DNA of 32,000 nt, taken from Horticoccus luteus. GTDB taxonomy: Bacteria > Verrucomicrobiota > Verrucomicrobiia > Opitutales > Opitutaceae. Both the position numbers and the translations under genes were made by a program. Location of the stretch: assembly GCF_019464535.1 (NCBI RefSeq), contig NZ_CP080507.1, positions 2,310,001-2,342,000 on the forward strand, written 5' to 3'. Below, one piece after another: positions 8,956 to 18,500 of this stretch (its first letter is position 1; each line of letters opens with the position of its first letter). The notes beneath the pieces were generated by a model that was not told the origin of the DNA, did no database searches, and worked only from the letters and a program-made list of their open reading frames with translations.

Positions 8956-10164
8956 ATGCGCATCGGCTCCACGTTCACCGTCTCGTTTCGCGCTCTGCGG
9001 CGCAACATCCTGCGCTCCTGCCTCACGGCCCTCGGCATCATCATCGGCGTGGGCGCCTTTATCGCCACGGTCAGCATCGGCACCGGCGCCAAGGCCCAAA
9101 TCGAAGCGCAGGTGGCCAGCCTCGGCCAGAATATCATTTCCGTTTTTCCCGGCAGCATGACCTCCGGCGGCATGCGCGGCGGCTGGGGCTCCGCGAGCAC
9201 GCTGACGCCCGAAGATGCCCAGGCGATCGCCCGCGAAATCAACGGCGTCGTCGCGGTCAGTCCCGAGATGCGCGACCGCTCCCAAGTCCTCGCCAACGGC
9301 CTCAACTGGAACACACAGATCATGGGCGAGGGCCCCGACTACACGTCAATCCGCTCGTGGCCCGTCGTCGATGGCGCCATGTTTTCGGAGCAGGATGTTC
9401 GCAGTTTCGCCAAAGTTGCCGTCATCGGCAAAACCGTCGCGGACCAACTTTTCCCGGGCACCAGCCCGGTCGGCCAGACCATTCGCATCCGCAATATTCC
9501 CTTCAAGATCGTCGGTCTTCTCGCGTCCAAGGGCTTCAACTTCTTCGGGCAGGATCAAGACGACATCGTGATCATTCCCTACTCGAGCCACATGCGCCGC
9601 GTCTCCCGCCGCACCAATATCAACTCGATCCTGATTCAGGCGGTCAGCACGCAACAAATGCCGCGCATCCAGCAGGAAATCACCGATCTCCTCCAGCAAC
9701 GCCGCGACGGGCGCGAACCCGATTTCACCGTGCGCAACCAGGTCGAACTCGCCCAAATGGCCACCGCGACGTCGAACACCATGACCGCGCTGCTCGCCAT
9801 CGTCACTGGCATTTCCCTGCTCGTCGGTGGCATCGGCATCATGAACATCATGCTCGTCAGCGTCACCGAGCGCACACGCGAGATCGGCATCCGCCTCGCC
9901 GTCGGCGCGCACGGCCGCGAGATTATGCTGCAGTTTCTCACCGAGGCCATCGTGCTCAGCGGTTTGGGTGGTGCCATCGGCGTGGTCCTCGGCATTGGCG
10001 CCTCGAAAATGCTGCCTCACTTCACCAACTGGGCCGTCCTCGTGTCGCCGCTTTCCATCGTGATCGCGCTCGGCGTGAGCGGCACGATCGGCGTGTTTTT
10101 CGGGTTTTACCCCGCCCGCAAGGCGGCTCAACTCGATCCGATCGATGCGCTCCGCTACGAGTAA
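8956..10164 (+). CDS. ABC transporter permease, MacB/FtsX type (periplasmic MacB_PCD plus FtsX 4-TM domain)
   Basis: 402 aa. The layout is an N-terminal TM segment, a ~220-aa periplasmic domain and a C-terminal FtsX-like region (LVGGIGIMNIMLVSVTERTREIGIRLAVGA). It starts 5 nt after the ATPase gene. Confidence 0.88.
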   Translation: MRIGSTFTVSFRALRRNILRSCLTALGIIIGVGAFIATVSIGTGAKAQIEAQVASLGQNIISVFPGSMTSGGMRGGWGSASTLTPEDAQAIAREINGVVAVSPEMRDRSQVLANGLNWNTQIMGEGPDYTSIRSWPVVDGAMFSEQDVRSFAKVAVIGKTVADQLFPGTSPVGQTIRIRNIPFKIVGLLASKGFNFFGQDQDDIVIIPYSSHMRRVSRRTNINSILIQAVSTQQMPRIQQEITDLLQQRRDGREPDFTVRNQVELAQMATATSNTMTALLAIVTGISLLVGGIGIMNIMLVSVTERTREIGIRLAVGAHGREIMLQFLTEAIVLSGLGGAIGVVLGIGASKMLPHFTNWAVLVSPLSIVIALGVSGTIGVFFGFYPARKAAQLDPIDALRYE

Positions 10165-11026
10165 AGCACGCTTCCCCATTCTGCTCCTCACCCTGCTGGT
10201 GAGTATTTCCGCCGCCGCGGGCGAAAAACTCACCGCCCTTCAGCTCTTCCAAGCCAAGCGCTACGCCGAGGCGCAAATCGCCTACGAGCAACTCGCCGCC
10301 GCCGACCCCGGCAACGCCGAGACGCACTTTCATCTCGGCCTGCTCGCCCTGCGCCGCAACGCCACCGATACCGCCATCGCCGAGCTCGAACGCGCCGTCG
10401 CGTTGGACGGAAAAAACTCCGACTACTTTGCTCAACTCGGCAGCGCTTACGGCGCCGCCGCGCAAGCCGCGGGTCTTTTTAGCAAGGCCGGCCTCGCCCG
10501 GAAATGCCGCGTCGCACTCGAGAAAGCCGTCGAGCTTGACCCCGACAACCTCGACGCCCGCGAAGGCCTCGTCGCGTTTTATCGGCAAGCCCCGGCCTTC
10601 GTCGGAGGCGGGATCGAAAAGGCCTACGCCGAGGCCGAAGAAATCAAAAACCGCGATGTCCTCGCGGGCTCCCTGCTCCTCGCGCAACTCGCCACCGGCG
10701 AGAAAAAATACGACGCGGCCTTCGCCACGCTGGATCGCGTGCTCGCCGACCACCCCGATGCCTACCTCGCGCTCTACGCTTACGGGCGCATCGCCGCCGA
10801 AAGCGGATTGCGCCTCGATGTCGGCGAACGCCACCTGCGCCGCTGCCTCGAACTTCCTCCACCCGCCCGCGCGCCGGCCCACGCCGCCGTCCAATGGCGC
10901 CTCGGTCTCATCGCCGAGAAACGCCCCGACCTCCCCGCCGCCCGCGCCGCTTACGCCGCCGCTCTGGAACTCGATCCGGCGTTTTCGCCCGCCCGCGACG
11001 CGCTCGCGCGTTTGCCGAAACCCTGA
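10145..11026 (+). CDS. Secreted tetratricopeptide-repeat (TPR) protein
   Basis: The signal peptide is MRSATSKARFPILLLTLLVSISAAAG. Repeated TPR-like helices follow (YAEAQIAYEQLAAADPGNAETHFHLGLLAL..., AAYAAALELDPAFSPARDALARL). The start overlaps the permease 3' end by 20 nt, so the start codon is less certain than the frame. Confidence 0.7.
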   Translation: MRSATSKARFPILLLTLLVSISAAAGEKLTALQLFQAKRYAEAQIAYEQLAAADPGNAETHFHLGLLALRRNATDTAIAELERAVALDGKNSDYFAQLGSAYGAAAQAAGLFSKAGLARKCRVALEKAVELDPDNLDAREGLVAFYRQAPAFVGGGIEKAYAEAEEIKNRDVLAGSLLLAQLATGEKKYDAAFATLDRVLADHPDAYLALYAYGRIAAESGLRLDVGERHLRRCLELPPPARAPAHAAVQWRLGLIAEKRPDLPAARAAYAAALELDPAFSPARDALARLPKP

Positions 11027-11071
11027 CGCGCCACCCGCCGGCCTGCCCGCCGCCGCGACCTACGTTCCCGG

Positions 11072-11893
11072 ATGCGGCTTGCTTCACCGGCGGCTGTCAC
11101 TCTGTTTTCCCGGCGCATGGTCCCCTCGCCGCCCATCGTCGAATGTCGCGACGTCGAAAAACGTTTCGGCTCCGGTCCGCTCGTGCTCGACCGCGTCACG
11201 TTCACCGCGCAAAGCGGCGACTTCATCGGACTCATCGGCCCCAGCGGTTGCGGCAAGTCCACGCTCCTGCGCCTGCTCGCCGGGCTCAGCCCCGTTTCCG
11301 CCGGCCACCTCCGGATCGGCGCGCGTCCACCCACCGAGGCGAGCGCCGAACTGGCGTTCGTCTTTCAGGAGCCGACTCTTCTCCCGTGGCGCACGGCGGC
11401 GCAAAACGTCGAGCTCCCGCAGCAATTGCGCGGCGTCGCGCCATCGGCGCGGGCCGCCGCGCGCCAGCACGCCCTCGCTCTCGTCAACCTCGGCGACCGC
11501 GGCGCCGCGTATCCCCGCCAGCTTTCCGGCGGTCAGAAAATGCGTGTTTCCCTTGCCCGCGCGTTCACGTTGTCGCCCCAAATCCTCCTGCTCGACGAGC
11601 CGTTCGGCGCGCTCGACGAAATGACCCGCGAGCACCTCAACGAGGAGTTGCTCACCATCCGCGAATCGCAGGCTTGGACCGCATTCTTCGTGACCCACTC
11701 GGTGGCCGAAGCGGTTTTTCTCTCGAACCGCATTTTCGTCTTCGCGGCGAATCCCGGCCGATTGCACCGCGAAATCCGCATCGACCTGCCCTATCCGCGC
11801 ACCGCCGCGACCCGCCGTTCCCGCGCCTATCAGGATCTCGTCGCCGAAATTTCCCATCTGTTGCGCAACGTCGAAACCGGCGCGCCTGCCTGA
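11072..11893 (+). CDS. ABC transporter ATP-binding protein (nitrate/sulfonate/taurine-type, SsuB/TauB-like)
   Basis: Walker A is GPSGCGKST, the signature is LSGGQKMRVSLARA, Walker B is LLLDEPFGALD and the H-loop is VTHS. An alternative and perhaps more likely start is ATG 11117 (MVPSPPIVECRDVEKRF). Confidence 0.88.
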   Translation: MRLASPAAVTLFSRRMVPSPPIVECRDVEKRFGSGPLVLDRVTFTAQSGDFIGLIGPSGCGKSTLLRLLAGLSPVSAGHLRIGARPPTEASAELAFVFQEPTLLPWRTAAQNVELPQQLRGVAPSARAAARQHALALVNLGDRGAAYPRQLSGGQKMRVSLARAFTLSPQILLLDEPFGALDEMTREHLNEELLTIRESQAWTAFFVTHSVAEAVFLSNRIFVFAANPGRLHREIRIDLPYPRTAATRRSRAYQDLVAEISHLLRNVETGAPA

Positions 11894-11894
11894 C

Positions 11895-12686
11895 ATGAAA
11901 TTTTCGCTTCAACGCATTCTGCTGCCCGCGCTGACCGGCGTGCTCATGATCCTCGTGTGGTATGCGATCCGCCTCGGACTCGCCGACGATCTGCGTTTCC
12001 TCCTGCCGTCGCCCGGTCAGGTCTTGATGGCGCTCCGCGAAAACGCCGCCCCGCTCGCCCGCGCCACCCTCAACACCGGCGAGGGCGCGCTCCTTGGTTT
12101 TCTGGCCTCGATCGTGATCGGCGCCGTCCTCGCCCTGCTCCTCGCGTGGTCGCCGCTCGTGCGCGTCAGCCTTTATCCGTATTTGATGATGCTGCAGATG
12201 ATGCCGGTCATCGTCGTCGCGCCGATTCTCGTGCTCTGGGTGGGGCCCGGCTTGAAGAGCGTCGTCATTGTCACGTTCCTCATCTGCTTTTTTCCGATCG
12301 TGGTCAACGCCACCCAGGGGCTCGTCTCCGCCGATCGCACTCTCGCCGAACTCTTCCGCATGTATGGCGCCACGCGTCTGCAGGAGACGCGGCTCCTGCG
12401 CATTCCCGCGGCGCTGCCGTATTTTTTCACCGGCCTGCGCATCGCCGCGGTGCTCGCCCCCATCGGCGCGCTCGTCGGCGATTACACCGCCGGCTCTTCC
12501 GCGGGCGACGGTGGCGGACTGGGCTTTCAAGCCATCATCTACAGCAGCCAAGCCCGCTACCCCGCGCTCTTCGCCACGGCTGCGATCACGTGCGTGCTTG
12601 GCTTTGTGTTTGTCGCGGTCGTGCTCATTCTGAGCTGGCTCGCCCTTCACCGCTGGCACGATTCCTATCAACGTCGCGATCTCTGA
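11895..12686 (+). CDS. ABC transporter permease (binding-protein-dependent, SsuC/TauC-like)
   Basis: 263 aa with multiple TM segments. It has the conserved cytoplasmic loop typical of this family (RMYGATRLQETRLLRIPAALPYFFTGLRIA). The ATG lies 1 nt after the ATPase stop. Confidence 0.85.
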   Translation: MKFSLQRILLPALTGVLMILVWYAIRLGLADDLRFLLPSPGQVLMALRENAAPLARATLNTGEGALLGFLASIVIGAVLALLLAWSPLVRVSLYPYLMMLQMMPVIVVAPILVLWVGPGLKSVVIVTFLICFFPIVVNATQGLVSADRTLAELFRMYGATRLQETRLLRIPAALPYFFTGLRIAAVLAPIGALVGDYTAGSSAGDGGGLGFQAIIYSSQARYPALFATAAITCVLGFVFVAVVLILSWLALHRWHDSYQRRDL

Positions 12687-12693
12687 TCCTCCC

Positions 12694-13659
12694 ATGAAAC
12701 GTCTTGCCCTCATCGCCTTGTTCCTCGCCGCCGCGGCTGTCCTCGCCGCCGCGGATTCGCCGCTCTTCAAGCTCACCGTGCAACTCGATTGGGTCGCGGA
12801 GCCCGAGCATGGCGGCTTTTACCAGGCGCAGGCGCGCGGCTTTTTTCGCGACGAAGGACTCGACGTCACGATCATCCCTGGCGGCCCCAATGCGTTTGTC
12901 ATGCCCAAGATCGCCACCGGGCAGGCCGACATCGGCCAGGCCGACAGCACCAACACCCTCCTGCAAGTCGCCGAAGGCCTGCCCATCCTCCAAATTGGTG
13001 CGGTGTTTCAGGACGATCCTTCCGGCCTGCTCGTCAACGCCGACAGCAGCGTCCACCGCTTCGAAGATCTCGACGGCAAGACGATCATCGCGCGTCCCGA
13101 GTGGGCGTTTCTCAAATTCCTTCGGCAGAAATATCATGTCTCCTTCAACATCGTGCCGCAGAATTTTTCCGTCGCCGCCTTTCTCGGCGACAAGGAGGCG
13201 ATTCAACAAGGCTACTTCATCGCCGAGCCCTACCACATTGTGAAAGCCGGCGGCAAAATGCCGCGCTTTCTCTCGACGTGGGACGCCGGATTCCGCTCCT
13301 ACGCCGTCCTCGTCACCAACCGTCGGTTCGCACGCGAGCACCCGCAGGAATTACGCGCGTTCCTCCGCGCCTACATCCACGGCTGGAGCGATTACCTCAC
13401 CGGCGACCCCACGCCCGCCAACAACGCCATGAAAGCCGCGAATCCCAACAACACCGACGACTTCCTCGCGTTCTCCCGCCAAAAGATCATCGACGAAAAA
13501 CTGGTCACCGGCCGCGATGCCGACGGCGGCCCGCAACGCATCGGCCGCCTCGATCCCGCGCGCTATGAAACGCAGATCAAGCAGCTCGAGGCTCTGGATA
13601 TTTTGAAGCCCGGCAAAGTCACCGCCGCGCAAGCGATGACGACCAAGTTTCTTCCCTGA
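12694..13659 (+). CDS. ABC transporter substrate-binding protein, NMT1/THI5-like (SsuA/ThiY-type)
   Basis: A signal peptide (MKRLALIALFLAAAAVLAAA) is followed by FKLTVQLDWVAEPEHGGFYQAQARGFFRDEGLDVTIIPGG, characteristic of the NMT1/THI5-like binding-protein fold. It starts 7 nt after the permease gene. Confidence 0.8.
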   Translation: MKRLALIALFLAAAAVLAAADSPLFKLTVQLDWVAEPEHGGFYQAQARGFFRDEGLDVTIIPGGPNAFVMPKIATGQADIGQADSTNTLLQVAEGLPILQIGAVFQDDPSGLLVNADSSVHRFEDLDGKTIIARPEWAFLKFLRQKYHVSFNIVPQNFSVAAFLGDKEAIQQGYFIAEPYHIVKAGGKMPRFLSTWDAGFRSYAVLVTNRRFAREHPQELRAFLRAYIHGWSDYLTGDPTPANNAMKAANPNNTDDFLAFSRQKIIDEKLVTGRDADGGPQRIGRLDPARYETQIKQLEALDILKPGKVTAAQAMTTKFLP

Positions 13660-13663
13660 CCGC

Positions 13664-14863
13664 ATGTCGCTTCCCGCTACGGCGTCCGCCCGCGATCGCT
13701 TCCTCGCCGCCCTGCGCGCCGCCGTGGCCGACGGCACGCTCACGAAGCTCACCCTCGGCAAACACCGCGGCGCGGACGCCACGCTCAAAAACATTTTCGT
13801 GCGTCCCGTCGCGCTCAAGGCTGGTCCGAATCTCGCGTTCGTTTACCGCCACGCCACGCGCGACATCACCAAAAATCTCCCGCCCTCCGCCGCGCTCGCC
13901 ACGCTCGAACGGCTCATCGGCGGCGATTTTCTCGACGCGCATCTCTTCACCACCGCGCAAACCGCCCAACTGGAAACGCAACCCGACGGCTCATCGCGTC
14001 TGCATCTCAAACTCGCGGCCGGCCCAGCGGCGCCGCTCGTCGCTGCGCACGATCGCGCCAAAACGCGCCTGATTTCCCCCGACGCGCCCTGGCTCCGCGC
14101 CCTCGGTGTGACCAACGACCGCGGCCAGCCCCGCGAAGGCATGGCGGCCAAATTTCGCCAGATCGAAAAATTCGCCGAATTGCTCTCGCACCTTCTCGCG
14201 GAGGCGCCGTTGCCCACCGACCGCGCCCTCAACATTTGCGACATGGGTTCCGGCAAAGGCTATCTCACGTTCGCGATCAGCGCCCTCCTCGGCCCGCGAG
14301 CGCATGTCACCGGCATCGAATCCCGCCCGGAATTGGCGGCGTTTTGCAACGACGTCGCGCGACAGCACGGCTTCGACCGTCAACTCGCGTTCCACGCCGG
14401 CACCATCGCCGACGCGACGCCCGCTTCCGTTGATGTGCTGATTGCCCTGCACGCCTGCGATACCGCCACCGACGACGCCCTCGCCCGCGGCCTCGCCGCC
14501 GGCGCCACGCTGCTCGTCGTCGCTCCGTGCTGTCAGAAGGAACTCCGCCCGCAACTCACCCCGCCGCCGATCCTCGCCGACGCGTTGCGCCACGGCATCT
14601 TTCAGGAACGCCAGGCGGAATTCGCCACCGATGCATTGCGCGCGCTCCTGCTTGAGTGGGCCGGTTACCGCACGAAGGTCTTCGAGTTCATCTCGACCGA
14701 GCACACCGCGAAAAATCTAATGATCGCCGCGATCAAGTCGTCCGCCCCCGCGCCGAATCCCGCCCTCGCCGACCGCGTGCGCGCCTTCGCGGCCTTCTAC
14801 GGAATCAAACACCAACACCTCGCCGCCGCGCTCGGTTTCCCCCTCCAGCCCAACGCGTCATGA
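13664..14863 (+). CDS. SAM-dependent methyltransferase (Methyltransf_32/METTL25-like core) with an uncharacterised ~185-aa N-terminal domain
   Basis: Motif I is ICDMGSGKGYLT (14231-14269), followed by IALHACDTATDDAL (14441-14479) and LLVVAPCC. It starts 4 nt after the binding-protein gene. Confidence 0.75.
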   Translation: MSLPATASARDRFLAALRAAVADGTLTKLTLGKHRGADATLKNIFVRPVALKAGPNLAFVYRHATRDITKNLPPSAALATLERLIGGDFLDAHLFTTAQTAQLETQPDGSSRLHLKLAAGPAAPLVAAHDRAKTRLISPDAPWLRALGVTNDRGQPREGMAAKFRQIEKFAELLSHLLAEAPLPTDRALNICDMGSGKGYLTFAISALLGPRAHVTGIESRPELAAFCNDVARQHGFDRQLAFHAGTIADATPASVDVLIALHACDTATDDALARGLAAGATLLVVAPCCQKELRPQLTPPPILADALRHGIFQERQAEFATDALRALLLEWAGYRTKVFEFISTEHTAKNLMIAAIKSSAPAPNPALADRVRAFAAFYGIKHQHLAAALGFPLQPNAS

Positions 14864-15482
14864 GCGTCCGGCTGGCGATAGCGACGGCAAGTCTGCTGCC
14901 TGACCACTCTTTGCGTAGCATTAGATCTTTTTAAGCGCTTTCTGCCCACCTGGGCTCACCGAACGCGCATGCGGCCATGGTGCGAAACTCATGACGCGCC
15001 GCCAACGCCGCCCCACGTTCGGCATACGTTCGCACCTCTCCCGTGCCGGCGTTTTTGCTCAAGCGTTTCCGTCTTCCCCTCCTTCGCTGTCGCGAAGCAT
15101 TTGCATCGACGAGCCCCGCCCCGTGCTCGCGCTACCGGGCCGCGCTCGGCGCTCAACCCGATCGATCCCACGCGGCGCGTTCCACTTCCTCCGCTGGCAG
15201 GTTTAAAGTGCATTCGCGCCCTCAACCTCGACCCCGACTTGCCCCCCGAGCTGACCTTCCCATCCACACAAGCGCAACCGGTTGGACGTAAGCAGTGAAA
15301 TCGAAGAAACTTATAACCCCCGCCGCCAATTCTTCGGGCTCGCATCGGCAAGGGTCCCTCGGGCTTCATCAACGGCGCTACTTTGGTTCATGGGCGCGAC
15401 CGTGGGCTTCCCAGCCTCCGGACCACGGTTTTATGAACCCGGTAGACGTCAGCCTCGTCCGTCCACTTCAATACTCCGGTCC
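14864..15482 (+). promoter_or_regulatory. 619-bp non-coding region upstream of the giant gene (promoter and leader presumed, elements not identified)
   Basis: No ORF here has coding-like composition, and the region is visibly less GC-rich than the flanks. All other same-strand gaps from 8172 to 14863 are 45 nt or less or overlap. I could not identify a convincing -35/-10 pair. Confidence 0.35.
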
Positions 15483-15566
15483 ATGGTCCGTCGTGCTCGC
15501 GCGCGCCTCGCTCTCTTGGTTTTGGCCATCACTATGTCGGTGGCCATCGCTCGCGCCGCGCAGACA
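15483..15566 (+). other. Signal peptide of the giant protein
   Basis: The n-region is RRARAR, the h-region is LALLVLAITMSVAIA and an A-x-A-like site (ARA|AQT) follows. Confidence 0.7.
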
Positions 15567-18500
15567 CTCTACGTGCGCGCCGACGCCACCGCCGGGGGCA
15601 ACGGAGCCTCTTGGGCGACGGCTTACAACGATCTTCAGACTGCCATCGCCGCCGCCTCGCCTTCGAACAGCAACCCCGTCGAAATTTGGATCAAGACAGG
15701 CGTCTATAAGCCCACCACCGGCACTAACCGCGCCACCCGGTTTGAACTGAAGAGCTACCTCACGCTGCGCGGCGGTTTTGCCGGCACCGAATCTGCAGCG
15801 AGTCAGCGCACGGCTTCGGCGAGCGCCACGACCTTCACAGTCCTAAGCGGCGACATCGGCACCCCCCAGCCCGACGCCATCACCGCCACGACGAACGTGA
15901 ACGACCTCGCGGGGCGAACGTTCGATTTCTCCACCGCCGGCCTAAAGGACAACTGCTACAACGTCGTGCACGCTTACGGCGTGTCCTACGCTTTCCTCGA
16001 CCGCGTCGTCATCGCCGGCGGCTGCGCGGACTCGACCGCCGTTTCGCAGTCCCAGATCGAAACCATGCTCCAGCCGACGACGGCCGACGGCAGCGGTTTC
16101 CGCCAAGGGATTGATGACCGTGTCACCGGCGGCGGCCTGTTCATGGGCAATGCCGATGTCGTGCTCACCGATTGCTGGGTCATCGGCAACTACGCGAAGG
16201 GCATCGGCGGCGGCATCGTGGTGCGCGGTGGTTCGCTCAACCTCCAAAACAACCGCATCGCCCGCAACGTCAGCGGCTATGCCGGCGGCGGCGTCAGCGC
16301 CCAGCAGACCACCATCGCCGCCCTCAACGGTAATTATTTCTACGGCAACTCCACTCCCTTCCTCGGCGGCGGACTCTTTCTGCAGGCGGATACCGGCAAC
16401 AAATACGTCAAAGCCTACGAAGCCACCCTCCTCGCCACCCTCGCCGGCGTCACCGTCGACGATTCCATCACGCTGCCCGCGCTCGTCTCCCAGCCTCTGC
16501 ACTTCGATCCGAGCATCCTCTACGACAAGCTCTCGGAACAGAAAACGCAGTTCAAGATCGCGAAGACCATTGCCAAAAAAGCGGCGGAGAAAGCCGGCCT
16601 GATTGCCCCGCAGAAACTGCTGACCAACCCGCTCACGGCCTATGCCACCAAGGGTTTTGGCGCCGCCCTCGGCTCCTCGTATAATTGGGTCAGCACCGCC
16701 GTCACCGCCGTGGATATCGGCGTGCAACTCGCGGTCCTGCTCGGCGCCGATCCGAATGATCCCTTCATCCGCGGCTGGTCGACCTTCAGCGCCGGCTTCG
16801 CGGCCTACGCCACGCCCTCCGGGCTCGCGTTTACAATCCGGGATTTCTTCGTCGATCTCTTCGCCTACCACCCGAGCTTCGAAGAACGCGCCACCAAGCT
16901 CCGCAACCAGGATTACACCGACCACCAAAACACCGCGACCCGCACCGAGATGCTCGACAACCACTTCGAGCATAATTTCTCCGGCGGCTACGGTGGCGGC
17001 GCAGTCTTCCTGCGCGCCAATGTCCTCTTGCACCGCTGCTGGTTCGTCGAAAACGAGGCCACCTACGGGGGCGGCGGCGCCGCGGCGTTCGCCTACAATA
17101 ACGTCGATTTTGAAAACAGCGCCGTGCTGCGCAACCGCTCCGCGTTCGGTCATCCCGGTTTCACCTTCGCGTTCCGTTCCGTCGCCCGCCTCGTCAATCT
17201 CACCATCACCGGCAACTACGGCGCCACCGCCAGCGGGTTCGCCGTCGGCGTCGATGCCGGCGCCGACGCCAGCCTGATCAATTGCGTGTTGTGGGACAAC
17301 ACCAACGCCCAGCTCACCAAGGGCGGCGCCGACCTTTTCGCGACCCGCCTGGCCGATCTGGATGACGCCGGCGTGAAAGCCTACAACGACGCCGGCGATT
17401 CTCACGGCCTCTTCACCGGCACGCTCGATTTCCAATACTGTGATGTGCAGGGCCTCAGCACGCTCACGTATGGCACCGCGCTTTTCTGGCCCACGGTCGC
17501 TTACTGGGAGACCAACGTCGACCCCTACGGCATGAACGTCGCGTCCGCCTGCCCCGACGTGGGCGAAGGCATTCGCCCCGGAGCCGTGGTTTTGTTCGGT
17601 GCCGGCGTCGGCACCCGCGGGAACTTCTCCCGCGCCCCCTACCTTTTGCAGGACGTTTATCCCCATCCCTCCTCGCCGCTCATTAACGCCGGCAGCCCCG
17701 GCACGTATTTTCACAACGGCACCGAGGACGACCTCGTGCGCCACTATCGAGGCACGCAGAACGGTCGGATCGACGTCGGCGCGGTCGAAGGCAACGGCCT
17801 GCTCCCCCCCGGCACCATCGTTTACGTCAACTCCGCCGCCTCAACGTCCGGCGATGGATTGTCCTGGGCCGGAGCGAAGAAGACCCTCGCTGAAGCGCTC
17901 GCCCTCCCGCTCGCCACGGGCAACCAGGTCTGGGTCACGGCCGGCACCTACTACGCCACCCCCGGCGTCGACCGCAGTGTCTCCATGCATCTCCCGCCCG
18001 GCTGCATTCTCGTCGGCGGCATGCCGTTCGGCGCAGCGTCGATCGACGCCAGTGATCCGGTCGCCAATCCGACGATCGTCAGCGGCAATATCGGCAATCC
18101 CGCCTCCGCCGCCGACAACACCTCCTGCCTCCTTTCCGCCCACGACCTCGCCGACGGCCAGGAAACCCTCCCTCGCATCATCCGCGGCATCCGTTTCACC
18201 GCCGCCAATTCCACCTCCGCCGCCGTCTGGGTTTGCACCCCCGTCGTCATCCAGTCGTGCCGCTTCGATAACAACGCCGGCGGCCGCGCCCTGCAGATCT
18301 CCGGCACCAGCGTCAACAACGTCGCGGCCGTCGGTCAGGTCTTCGACTGCGTTTTCGAGAGCAACGCCGCCGGCGGCCTCGCCTGCTCCGCGCCCCGCCT
18401 GGACGTGATTCGCACGAATTTCTTCGATAACACCGCCCCCGCCAGCGCCGGCCTCCTCCACACCTCCAGCTACTACGAATCGGAGCTCAAACTGGAACGC

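Noticed and set aside
11027-11116. A possible TPP riboswitch upstream of the NMT1/THI5-type ABC importer.
   Set aside because: The region is only ~45-90 nt long. It lacks the conserved CUGAGA and ACCUGAUCUGGAUAAUGCCAGCG-type elements.
14969-15372. ORFs in the leader region (14969-15298 +, 109 aa; 14989-15372 -, 127 aa; 15295-15750 +).
   Set aside because: Their R/P/C/G-rich translations have no recognisable motifs or coding periodicity. 15295-15750 is out of frame with, and overlaps, the giant CDS start.
15282-15482. Alternative upstream in-frame starts for the giant gene (TTG 15282, TTG 15384, ATG 15390, GTG 15402).
   Set aside because: They would place 27-67 residues of P/R/S-rich sequence in front of an otherwise perfect signal peptide. 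ATG 15483 puts the n-region at the N-terminus as expected. This remains unverified experimentally.
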